Positions 46,013-53,882 of a stretch of 64,000 nucleotides of DNA are shown here, piece after piece. The stretch comes from Phycisphaerales bacterium (GTDB lineage Bacteria; Planctomycetota; Phycisphaerae; Phycisphaerales; SM1A02): positions 318,327 to 382,326 of the forward strand of contig JAXMAE010000004.1 of assembly GCA_046350495.1 (NCBI GenBank), read 5' to 3'. The first letter of the stretch is position 1; each line of letters starts with the position of its first letter. The notes beneath the pieces are model-generated. The model saw only the letters and a list, made by a program, of their open reading frames with translations, had not been told where the DNA came from and made no database searches. The translations under genes were made by a program, and so were the position numbers.

Positions 46013-47743
46013 ATGTTGGCACTGATCCCGTTCGTCCTCGCCATCGCGCTCGCGGACGACCCGGTCGTCGTCGAGTCGAAGGTCGTCCCCGTCTCAGCGG
46101 CGCCGAGCGCGGTCACCCTCTACCAAGGCACCGCAGCGGTCACCCGAAGCACGCCCCTGCCGCAGTCGCCCGGCGTCTACGAGCTGCGCTTCGCGAACCT
46201 GCCGGAGTCGGTCCTGCCGGACTCGCTGCAGGCGAAGGTTGCGCCGCCGGCGAAACTCCTCGACGTGCGCTACGAGGAGGTCGTCACGCCGAAGCCTGAG
46301 ACCGCGAACAACCCCGAACTCGCGAAGCTGCAGCAGGAGCTGGACTCGATTCGGCTCAAGCGCCGCGACCTCGCGGCCAAGCACGAACTCCTGCAGGGAC
46401 AACTCAAGGCGCTCGACGCGGTCATCGCCCGGCTTGCGCAGGGCGGCGGACGCGAAGGCGGCGCCGAACTCGATCCGACAAAGCTGAAGGCGCAGCTCGA
46501 CTTCGTCGCGCATGAGCGCGAGACGGCGATCATGGCCGACGTCGCGCTCGAAGAGTCGAAGCGGAAGCTCGACGAGGACGAAACCGCGCTCAAGGCCCGT
46601 GTCGCGGCGCTCGGCGGCGCCGAGCGCCGCACGCGCACCGGCGTGGTGGTCCTCGCGCTGTCCGAATCCGGCGCGACCGGCGAGGCGTCGCTGATCTACT
46701 CGGTGCGCGACGCGACATGGCGTCCGTCCTACGCGCTCCGCGCCGCGAGCGACCTGAGCGGTCTCGACGTCGAATACGACGCATCGGTCATGCAGCGCAC
46801 CGGCGAGTCGTGGAAGGACGTCGCGCTCACGCTCTCGACGGCCCAGCCGTCGCGCTCGGCGAGCCCGGCCGCGCTTGATCCGATCTACGTGCGCAAGTCG
46901 TATCCGGTCGAGAGCGGATTCGCAGGATCAGTCTCGGCGCCAGCGGTGAGGGAACCCGGCGGCGGAGGGCGGCTCCCGGGCAAGCGCAAGGCCGACCAAG
47001 CCGATCGCGACGCCGGCGGCGAGAGCAAGGAAGCGGAACTCGCGAAGCAGGTCGCGGGCGACGCCGTCATCGAACAGAACGCGACCGTCGCGACGTTCGC
47101 GCTACCCCGCGCGGTGACGTTCCCGAGCGACGCGTCGCGCGAGCAGCGGACGCGCATCGCGACGATCCCGCTCAAGCCCGAGTACGTGTACGTCGCGCGC
47201 CCCGCGGTCGATCCCGACGTGTACTTGCGGGGCAAGACCCGCAACGACAGCGCGTACCAGCTTCTGTCTGGCCGCGCAACGGTGTTCCTCGGCAACGACT
47301 CGGTGGGCTCGGCCGTCCTGCCCGACGTCGCGCCGGGCGCCGATGTCGAGCTGTGGTTCGGTCCCGATCGCCGCATCGCGTCGAAGCGGGTGATCGTGTC
47401 GCGCAATCAATCGGAGAGCGGGCTGATCTCGAAAGAGTCGGTGGTCGCGCTCCAGTACAAGATCGAGCTCACGAACTCGGTGCCGAAGCCGGTGAAGGTC
47501 GAGCTGTGGGACCGCATTCCGGTGTCGCAGGACGAAGGCATCACGGTGAAGCTCGCCGACGTGCAGCCGCCGTTGGCGAAGGACCCCGAGTACGAATCGA
47601 AGGAGCGCAAGCAAGGACTCCTCAAGTGGCTGCTCGAGTTGCCCGCGCGTCCCGCGGAGCGTTCGCCCGAGACAATCGCGGTGCGTTGGAACGTGACCGT
47701 GTCGTGGCCGAAGGACGCGCCGATCGTGTGGTTCCCCGAATGA
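46013..47743 (+). CDS. DUF4140/DUF4139-domain protein (mucoidy inhibitor MuiA-like)
   Basis: Lies within ORF 45896..47743(+). The ATG at 46013 follows AGGAGG. It has a signal/anchor MLALIPFVLAIALA, then the N-terminal ...AVTLYQGTAAVTRSTPLPQSPGVYELRFANLPESVLPDSLQAKV, a coiled coil, and the C-terminal ...KIELTNSVPKPVKVELWDRIPVSQDEGITVKL. Confidence 0.7.
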   Translation: MLALIPFVLAIALADDPVVVESKVVPVSAAPSAVTLYQGTAAVTRSTPLPQSPGVYELRFANLPESVLPDSLQAKVAPPAKLLDVRYEEVVTPKPETANNPELAKLQQELDSIRLKRRDLAAKHELLQGQLKALDAVIARLAQGGGREGGAELDPTKLKAQLDFVAHERETAIMADVALEESKRKLDEDETALKARVAALGGAERRTRTGVVVLALSESGATGEASLIYSVRDATWRPSYALRAASDLSGLDVEYDASVMQRTGESWKDVALTLSTAQPSRSASPAALDPIYVRKSYPVESGFAGSVSAPAVREPGGGGRLPGKRKADQADRDAGGESKEAELAKQVAGDAVIEQNATVATFALPRAVTFPSDASREQRTRIATIPLKPEYVYVARPAVDPDVYLRGKTRNDSAYQLLSGRATVFLGNDSVGSAVLPDVAPGADVELWFGPDRRIASKRVIVSRNQSESGLISKESVVALQYKIELTNSVPKPVKVELWDRIPVSQDEGITVKLADVQPPLAKDPEYESKERKQGLLKWLLELPARPAERSPETIAVRWNVTVSWPKDAPIVWFPE

Positions 47744-48945
47744 CGCGGGCGACCCAGCCGAGTCCGCCGGAGCCCGCGACGTGGACCGTGGAGCGCGGCC
47801 CGCGTGCGACGGTCGTCGTCGGGCCCAACCTCGGCGCATGCAACGTCGATGTCATTGAACCCGCCGATTGGCGCGAGCGACTCGTGGCCGCGTTGGAACA
47901 TCACGGCGGCCACTGCGGCATCGTCGCCAAGCGGGTCACGAGCGGCGGAGCGATCGCCGCGATGGGCGAATTCGTGGTGCATCCGAAAGGACTGCACGGG
48001 CTCGGTCGCGGCGCTCCGCGCGTCGCGTATCGGTTTCCGGAAGAGGTCGACGGCGCGCTCGGCGGCGTCGCGGCGTTCCCGAGCGAGCTCGTCGCGACGC
48101 TCGAACCGCCGCGCGGACCGCTCGGTCTCCTAACGTGGTGCCTGGAAGCGCGGCTGCGCGGCGCCCGCGTGTTCGCGGTGCCGGAGGTCGTCTGCGTCGA
48201 CGACGCGCCCCTCGCGATCGGCGTCGACGATCTGCGGGCGTTCGTGACGCGCTTCGGGTTCCATCCGTTCGCGCCGGACATCGACGCCATCGCGGCACGA
48301 AAGGACATCGCGGCGCTGCGCTGGAACGCGCGGTTCTTCGGCGCTGCGCAGCCGTTCGAGAAGTACGTCGAGCGCGGCGCGTTTCACTGGACCGCGTACG
48401 CCGAACACGCAGCGTTCCGGCAGCGCGCCGACATGCTCGTCGATCTCGCGGCGAAGGCCTGCGGGCACGGCGCGGGCGACGTCGTCGACGTCGGCTGCGG
48501 CGACGGGCTCTTCACCGCCAAGCTCGCCGAGCGCGGCCTCCCGGTCGTCGGCGTCGACGACGATGCGGCGGCGCTCGACCTCGCGGCGCGGACGTCGAGC
48601 GCGACCACAAACGCTGCGCGATTCGTGCGAGGCAGCGCGTACGCGCTGCCCTTCGCCAACGCCTCCGCCCGCGGCGCGATCCTCTTCGACGTCATAGAAC
48701 ATCTCCACAACCCGACCCGGGCGCTGCGCGAACTCGCGCGGGTGATCGCGCGCAACGGCGGGCTCGTCCTCTCGACGCCCGAGTGGCAGTTCGGCGCGTC
48801 GAGCGATCCGACGTATCACGTGTGCGAGTACACGCTCGACGAACTCACGCGGCTCGTCTGCGCCGAAGGACTCTTCGCCGTCGAGCGCACCGCCCGCATC
48901 GGCGGCGCGTATCGCGACCTCGTCGTCGTCGCGCGGCGGGCGTGA
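47740..48945 (+). CDS. fusion protein with a weakly glycosyltransferase-like N-terminal region and a class I SAM methyltransferase C-terminal domain
   Basis: Lies within ORF 47353..48945(+). The ATG at 47740 overlaps the upstream stop (ATGA). The methyltransferase motifs are VVDVGCGDGLF and ...ILFDVIEHLHNPTRALRELARVIARNGGLVLSTP. The N-terminal assignment is weak. Confidence 0.65.
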   Translation: MTRATQPSPPEPATWTVERGPRATVVVGPNLGACNVDVIEPADWRERLVAALEHHGGHCGIVAKRVTSGGAIAAMGEFVVHPKGLHGLGRGAPRVAYRFPEEVDGALGGVAAFPSELVATLEPPRGPLGLLTWCLEARLRGARVFAVPEVVCVDDAPLAIGVDDLRAFVTRFGFHPFAPDIDAIAARKDIAALRWNARFFGAAQPFEKYVERGAFHWTAYAEHAAFRQRADMLVDLAAKACGHGAGDVVDVGCGDGLFTAKLAERGLPVVGVDDDAAALDLAARTSSATTNAARFVRGSAYALPFANASARGAILFDVIEHLHNPTRALRELARVIARNGGLVLSTPEWQFGASSDPTYHVCEYTLDELTRLVCAEGLFAVERTARIGGAYRDLVVVARRA

Positions 48946-48975
48946 ACGAACGGCCGGTCGTCGCGGGTGCGCGAC

Positions 48976-50214
48976 TCAGCCCGTCCACGCCCCCAACACT
49001 TCGGCTAGATCGAACCCGTCGATCACGCCGTTGCCGTCGATGTCGGCGCGGCGAACGACCGCACTGTCCACCGGCCCCCACGACTGGATCACCTTCTCGA
49101 TGTCCCGCTCGTTCACCTTGCAGTCGAGCGTCACGTCCGCGGGCACGACTCCGACGGGAGTGAAGACGCCAGTGCCAGCGGCATTGAAGCTGCCATTCGC
49201 CACGACCTGCCCGGACTCGTTGATTCCCGAAGCGATGGTCACCTGAAACGACGTGGGCAGGCTGGCGAGTTCATGCAGGCTGTACGGCAGGTCGTTGATC
49301 CAGATCGTGGCCCCGGACGGATTCCTGGGGAGCGTGCAGTTGCCCACGAGCTGGTCGACGTCGTTGAGAGCGAAGACCGTGGCCTTCGTCGCGCCGGGCA
49401 GCATCGGCAACTCGATCGCAGCGTGACCGTTCCAGAAGTATGGGCGCCACGGCCCCAGCGCCGACTGGTCGATCGGTGGCAGGTACGCGCGACCGCCGAC
49501 GTGTCCCGCCGCGTTGATCGCGTCGCCTTCCGCCGCGAGCATCCCGGGCGGGATCGGCAAGGTGACGATCACTCCGCCCGGCGTCCACAAGAACGGCCGA
49601 CCGTCCTTCGCTTCCTCGCCGCTGGGAAAGCGATAGCCGGTGAAGACCCCGAACTGGTTCGGCCCGGCGATCAGGCCGTGGCCCGCGACGATCTCGTCCG
49701 GCAGGTCGAGATACGCACCGTCCTGCCACATCACCGGATAGGGCGGTTCCACGCCGCTCTGCATCATGCCGACGGCGAGGCCTTTCGGCCCCGCGCCATA
49801 GACGGAGATGCTCGTCATCGGCGCCAGCGACGAACTCCCCTCCACGCTGCCGTTGAACCACACGATGAAGCGGCGGTCCTCAGGACTCCCCGACGGTGTG
49901 AACCACCCGACGATTGTGCCATCGGACACCGTCATCTGAGCTCTCCCTTGAATGCCGCCCACCGGCATTGGCAAGAAGATGACGCCTGTCGCGGGCGACC
50001 AGCGCATCGGCCGGTCCTTCAACGTGGGCAACCAGGTCGCAGAGCCGACCACGCTGCCATCGTCGCCGATGCCCCAGCCTGCGACTCCGCCTGTCTGAGG
50101 AATCGGATAGATCGCCGTGAACTGGTACGCGCATTGAGCAACACTGACAGCCGGGAACGTCAGTAGCACGGCATGTGCAACTAGACACGCCGCAAGCGGA
50201 TTGTTCGCGCTCAT
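48976..50214 (-). CDS. secreted HAF-type extracellular repeat protein with a C-terminal dockerin-like module
   Basis: ORF 48976..50214(-). GGGAGG sits before the ATG. The signal peptide is ...LLTFPAVSVAQ. The repeats are GIGDDGSVVGSA, AINAAGHVGGRA, ALNDVDQLVGNC and GINESGQVVANG. The C-terminus is DIDGNGVIDGFDLAEVLGAWTG. Confidence 0.7.
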   Translation of the reverse strand: MSANNPLAACLVAHAVLLTFPAVSVAQCAYQFTAIYPIPQTGGVAGWGIGDDGSVVGSATWLPTLKDRPMRWSPATGVIFLPMPVGGIQGRAQMTVSDGTIVGWFTPSGSPEDRRFIVWFNGSVEGSSSLAPMTSISVYGAGPKGLAVGMMQSGVEPPYPVMWQDGAYLDLPDEIVAGHGLIAGPNQFGVFTGYRFPSGEEAKDGRPFLWTPGGVIVTLPIPPGMLAAEGDAINAAGHVGGRAYLPPIDQSALGPWRPYFWNGHAAIELPMLPGATKATVFALNDVDQLVGNCTLPRNPSGATIWINDLPYSLHELASLPTSFQVTIASGINESGQVVANGSFNAAGTGVFTPVGVVPADVTLDCKVNERDIEKVIQSWGPVDSAVVRRADIDGNGVIDGFDLAEVLGAWTG

Positions 50215-50229
50215 GACTTCCTCCCAGAA

Positions 50230-50559
50230 TCAGTCGAGCAGCGGACTCAGAACGGCAAGCCGCTGCGTCTCCGACAGCGTCCCAAGCCAAGCCGCGAAGT
50301 CCATGCTCGAGTCGAAGCCATCGAACGGCGCGAGCGACGACGGAGTCCAGTCTTCGGTCACCGCTTCCGACTCCGCGGCTCTCATCGAACTGTACGAGCA
50401 CACGCCCCACGCACCGAGCAGAATTCCCAGATCGGTCGAGTCGATCTCGCCGTCGTGGTCGAGGTCCGCACATGTGCATGCCGCAAGGATCTCGATCGAG
50501 CACGGTCCCCATGAACCGAGGAGCATCCCGAGATCCGTCGAGCCAACGGTGCCGTCCAC
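50230..50559 (-). CDS. dockerin-like-module-only ORF (109 aa, no signal peptide, possible gene remnant)
   Basis: ORF 50230..50559(-), GTG start. The open frame continues upstream without a start to a TGA near 50655. That upstream stretch (...CDEDLS) completes the first calcium loop: DLSVDGTVGSTDLGMLLGSWG. The second repeat is DLDHDGEIDSTDLGILLGAWG. The ORF ends 16 nt before the next gene start. Confidence 0.35.
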   Translation of the reverse strand: MDGTVGSTDLGMLLGSWGPCSIEILAACTCADLDHDGEIDSTDLGILLGAWGVCSYSSMRAAESEAVTEDWTPSSLAPFDGFDSSMDFAAWLGTLSETQRLAVLSPLLD

Positions 50560-50674
50560 GCTCAGGTCCTCGTCGCAGGAGAACGTATTTTCGTATGCGC
50601 CTACGTGCGGCGACCAACGAACCCGGTTCTCCGTTCCCGAGTCGCAATCCCACGGTCAAGTTCCCCCCGCATCG

Positions 50675-50815
50675 GCGCTCCGCGGAGTCGCGCCGGTGAT
50701 CGCGCCCAACAGCGCGCTCGTCCTCTCCACGCCCGAGTGGCAGTTCGGCGCGTGAAGGGGTCCGAGGTATCCCGTCGCTGACTACAAGCTCGACGATCTC
50801 GCGCGCGGCGCGCCT
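50675..50815 (+). pseudogene. 3-prime remnant of a paralog of the methyltransferase gene at 47740..48945
   Basis: It translates to LRGVAPVIAPNSALVLSTPEWQFGA(stop), compared with LRELARVIARNGGLVLSTPEWQFGAS in the intact gene. The core gctcgtcctctcNacgcccgagtggcagttcggcgcgt is identical except for 1 nt. More diverged similarity continues (YPVADYKLDDLAR versus YHVCEYTLDELTR). Confidence 0.75.
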
Positions 50816-50822
50816 CAGCCCC

Positions 50823-52568
50823 TCACCACGCACCAGTCCACTGACTCAAGAGGATCGCCAAGTCCGCGCACTCGACGATGCCGTCGCCGTTGAGGTCGTG
50901 CTCGGCGCGGCCGCGCCACGCGCCGAGCAGCGTGGCGAGATCCGTCGCGTCGACGTCGCCGTCGTTGTCGAAGTCGGCCGAGAGTTGGCGCTGCAGGATG
51001 ATCTGCGTCGGCGTGACGCGGAGCTCCAAGGCCGCACCGGGATACGAATCGATCGACGCACCGGAGAACGATCCTTCGATGGCCTGCGCTTGCGCGAGGA
51101 CGATCGGCGGCCGAACCTTGTCCCAGAACGAGTCGGTCGAATCGATCGACACCGTGAGCGGACCGTTCAGCGTGAGCGTGCCCGCGACATCGAGAAGCGG
51201 CGGCGCATTCAGGTAGTCGAGGTTCTCGAAGTCGGTGTCCCACTGCACCCACATCGAGCCCGACGTCCCGAGCGTGCAGTCGCCACCGACCGCGAGCGTG
51301 TCGAACCCCGTGTCGAGTACGCGCACGTGCACGAGTCCTCCGGTCGTCACGTTGCAGTCGAGCAGGCCGCCGCGGCCGCGGATGGTCGACGAGCTGCCGA
51401 GCGTCACGTTCGACGCGTGCGTCGTGCCGCTCACCTCGAGTATGGTCTGGCTGCCGCTGGAACTGCCCGACAGGATCCACAGTCCCGAGGCGTCGATCGG
51501 TCCGGACATCACCAACCGCGCCGCATTCAAAGGCTGCGAACCGACCAGCGAGCCGGTGAGGATCAGATGGCCGTCGTCGATGTCGACGAGACCTCCCCAG
51601 TTGAAGACGTTCGCCGCGATCGCGACCTCGCTGCCCTTGATCGTCGCGCCGCCGCTCGCCGCGAGCGTGGCGGACGGAGCAGTCTGCGATTGGACGCGGA
51701 TCATGCCGCCGACCTCGACCGTCGAATGGTCGAACGCGCCGACGTAGCCGTACCAGCCGGTGCCGCCGACGTTGTAGCCGACGTCGAGCGTGCCGCCGAC
51801 GGTGAATCGTGAGTCGGTCCCACTCACCACGACGCCGGGCACGCCGGTGAAGCTCGCGATCTTCGCGAAGCCCGGCACCGAGAGGAGCGCGCCGTCGGAC
51901 ACGTTGATGTGCGGATCGTTCGTGCCCGTCTGCAGATTCGTCGTGAGCATGATCGCGCTGCCCGCGCCGGTCGCTTCGAGCAGCGTGTAGTTGGCGCCGC
52001 CGCCGGGCAACTTGAGGTCGCCGCCGATCGTGAGCTTCGATCCTTCGGTGACCGACACGCTTCCACCCGAGCCGGACAGCCCCAGCGAGAAGTTGCCGCT
52101 CACGTTCACGGTGGTCGCGTCTTCGAACGTGACGGTCGTGAACGTGCCGACCGCGCTTCCGATGTCGACGCGCGGCGCGAGCACGGTGCCGCCCGAGATC
52201 GTGAACGTCGTGTTGTTCGTGGTGGTCGCGCCGCCAACGAGGAGCCCGGACGAGCCCGCCAACTGAAGCTGCACCGCAGGTCCGAGCACGAGTCGCGGCT
52301 TGTCGAAACTCGCCTTCATCGCCGCGAGCGTCGCCGACGAGTTGAGCGTCACGTCGTAGTTGTTCGGGGCGGCAAGGGTGAAGCTCGCGATGCCCGCGAG
52401 GCTCGGCGGGGCGCCGGTCGACCAGTTCGCCGGCGTGAACCAGTCGCCTCCGAGCGGCGCAGTCCACGATGCGACTTCGGCCCCGGCGCTCGCCGTCAGA
52501 CCGAAGAGCGCCAAGGTCACGCCGGCGCACACCACAACCGCTCTCTCGCCCGAACGCCCGATCGACAT
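50823..52568 (-). CDS. secreted beta-helix (autotransporter-passenger-like repeat) protein with a C-terminal double dockerin-like module
   Basis: Lies within ORF 50823..52664(-). The ATG at 52568 gives the signal peptide ...VTLALFGLTASAGA. Gly/Thr/Ser/Val-rich about 20-aa pseudo-repeats recur (GGTVLAP.VDIGS, GNFSLGLSGSGGSVSV, LTIGGDLKL...). The C-terminus is DFDNDGDVDATDLATLLGAWRG...DLNGDGIVECADLAILLSQWTGAW. Confidence 0.7.
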   Translation of the reverse strand: MSIGRSGERAVVVCAGVTLALFGLTASAGAEVASWTAPLGGDWFTPANWSTGAPPSLAGIASFTLAAPNNYDVTLNSSATLAAMKASFDKPRLVLGPAVQLQLAGSSGLLVGGATTTNNTTFTISGGTVLAPRVDIGSAVGTFTTVTFEDATTVNVSGNFSLGLSGSGGSVSVTEGSKLTIGGDLKLPGGGANYTLLEATGAGSAIMLTTNLQTGTNDPHINVSDGALLSVPGFAKIASFTGVPGVVVSGTDSRFTVGGTLDVGYNVGGTGWYGYVGAFDHSTVEVGGMIRVQSQTAPSATLAASGGATIKGSEVAIAANVFNWGGLVDIDDGHLILTGSLVGSQPLNAARLVMSGPIDASGLWILSGSSSGSQTILEVSGTTHASNVTLGSSSTIRGRGGLLDCNVTTGGLVHVRVLDTGFDTLAVGGDCTLGTSGSMWVQWDTDFENLDYLNAPPLLDVAGTLTLNGPLTVSIDSTDSFWDKVRPPIVLAQAQAIEGSFSGASIDSYPGAALELRVTPTQIILQRQLSADFDNDGDVDATDLATLLGAWRGRAEHDLNGDGIVECADLAILLSQWTGAW

Positions 52569-52751
52569 GGGGTCACTCCTCGTACGGGGCTTCTCTCGCA
52601 CGAACCACGCCCCGCCGATCCAGACTAACCCGACTCCGGTGCAACTCAAGCGCGGCGCATCCACGAGCGCGAGAATCGTTCACGCGGGTGGACGCTGGAG
52701 CGTCTCTCTCGCGGCTGGCCGCTCACTCCTCGCGCGCTGCTCGAGGCCGCG

Positions 52752-53741
52752 TCAGGCCCACCACGGCGTCGCCGGCGGATCCATGATGATCGCGTCGTTC
52801 AGGAAGTCGATCGCCCGAAGCAAGCCTTCCTCGATCGCCATGTACGCGTCCTCATGTTCGATCGAGAGGACGTGGTCGTAGCCGTAGCGGCGCAGCATCG
52901 ACACGAAGGGCTTCCAGAACTCGTGACCGTGGCCGTAGCCACAGGTGCGGAAGCTCCACGCGCGATGCTTCAGGTCGGTGTACGGCCGCGCGTCGTTGTA
53001 GCCGTTGATCGCGCCTTCGTGCCTGTCGAGTTCGGTGTCCTTCGCGTGGCAGTAGAAGAGGAGCCCCGCTTCGCCGAGGGCCCGCGCCGCGGCGATCGGA
53101 TCGATGCCCTGCCAGAAGAAGTGGCTCGGGTCGAGGTTCGCGCCGAGCACGACCTTCTTCGAACCGCTGGCCTTCGTCGCTCGCTCGCTCAGCCGAATCA
53201 GCGTGTCGGGGTTGTAGACGCAGAAGCCCGGGTGCGCTTCCCACGCGACCTTGACGCCGTGCTTGGCGCAGAACTTCGCCTGCTCGCTCCAGTACGGAAC
53301 GAGCACGTCGTCCCACTGGTACTTGAGGATCGCGCTGTAGTCTGGCGGCCACGCGCAGGTGACCCAGTTCGGCGTCTTGTCGCTCTTCGATCCGCCCGGG
53401 CAACCGGAGAACGTGATGACCACATCGGTGCCGAGTTTCGGCGCCAGTTGCACCGCGACCTCGAACGCCTTGTGGTCGGCGTCGGCCTGCTTGCGGTCCG
53501 GATGCACCGGGTTGCCGTGCACGGCCAACCCCGACAGCGTCAGGCCGTGCTCCTTCAGGATGCCCTTGATGCGGTCTTGTTCGGCCTTGCTTGCGAGCAC
53601 CTTTGCCGGGTCGAAGAACGGCTTGCCGGGATACGCGCCGACCGGAAGTTCGATCGCGTCGAGGCCGGCGTCGCGGCAGAACTCCGCTGCGGCTTCAAGG
53701 CTCCGGTCGGCGAACAACGCGGCCATCACGCCAAGCTTCAT
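52752..53741 (-). CDS. sugar phosphate isomerase/epimerase (xylose-isomerase-like TIM barrel)
   Basis: ORF 52752..53741(-). The motifs are ...DAIELPVG..., ...VITFSGCPGG..., ...KVAWEAHPGF..., ...GANLDPSHFFWQGIDP... and ...HAKDTELD...VLSIEHED. Confidence 0.8.
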   Translation of the reverse strand: MKLGVMAALFADRSLEAAAEFCRDAGLDAIELPVGAYPGKPFFDPAKVLASKAEQDRIKGILKEHGLTLSGLAVHGNPVHPDRKQADADHKAFEVAVQLAPKLGTDVVITFSGCPGGSKSDKTPNWVTCAWPPDYSAILKYQWDDVLVPYWSEQAKFCAKHGVKVAWEAHPGFCVYNPDTLIRLSERATKASGSKKVVLGANLDPSHFFWQGIDPIAAARALGEAGLLFYCHAKDTELDRHEGAINGYNDARPYTDLKHRAWSFRTCGYGHGHEFWKPFVSMLRRYGYDHVLSIEHEDAYMAIEEGLLRAIDFLNDAIIMDPPATPWWA

Positions 53742-53882
53742 GGGGTGTCCTCCACGCGCGACTGCCGCTCATGCGACGAGCGGGGAGCGCGAAAACGCAC
53801 GGTAGCAGACGATGCGGAGGAACCTCGGACCTCCGACGTCCGAACCGTTGCACGCCGCGCGAACGCGCGAGACACTTGCGCG

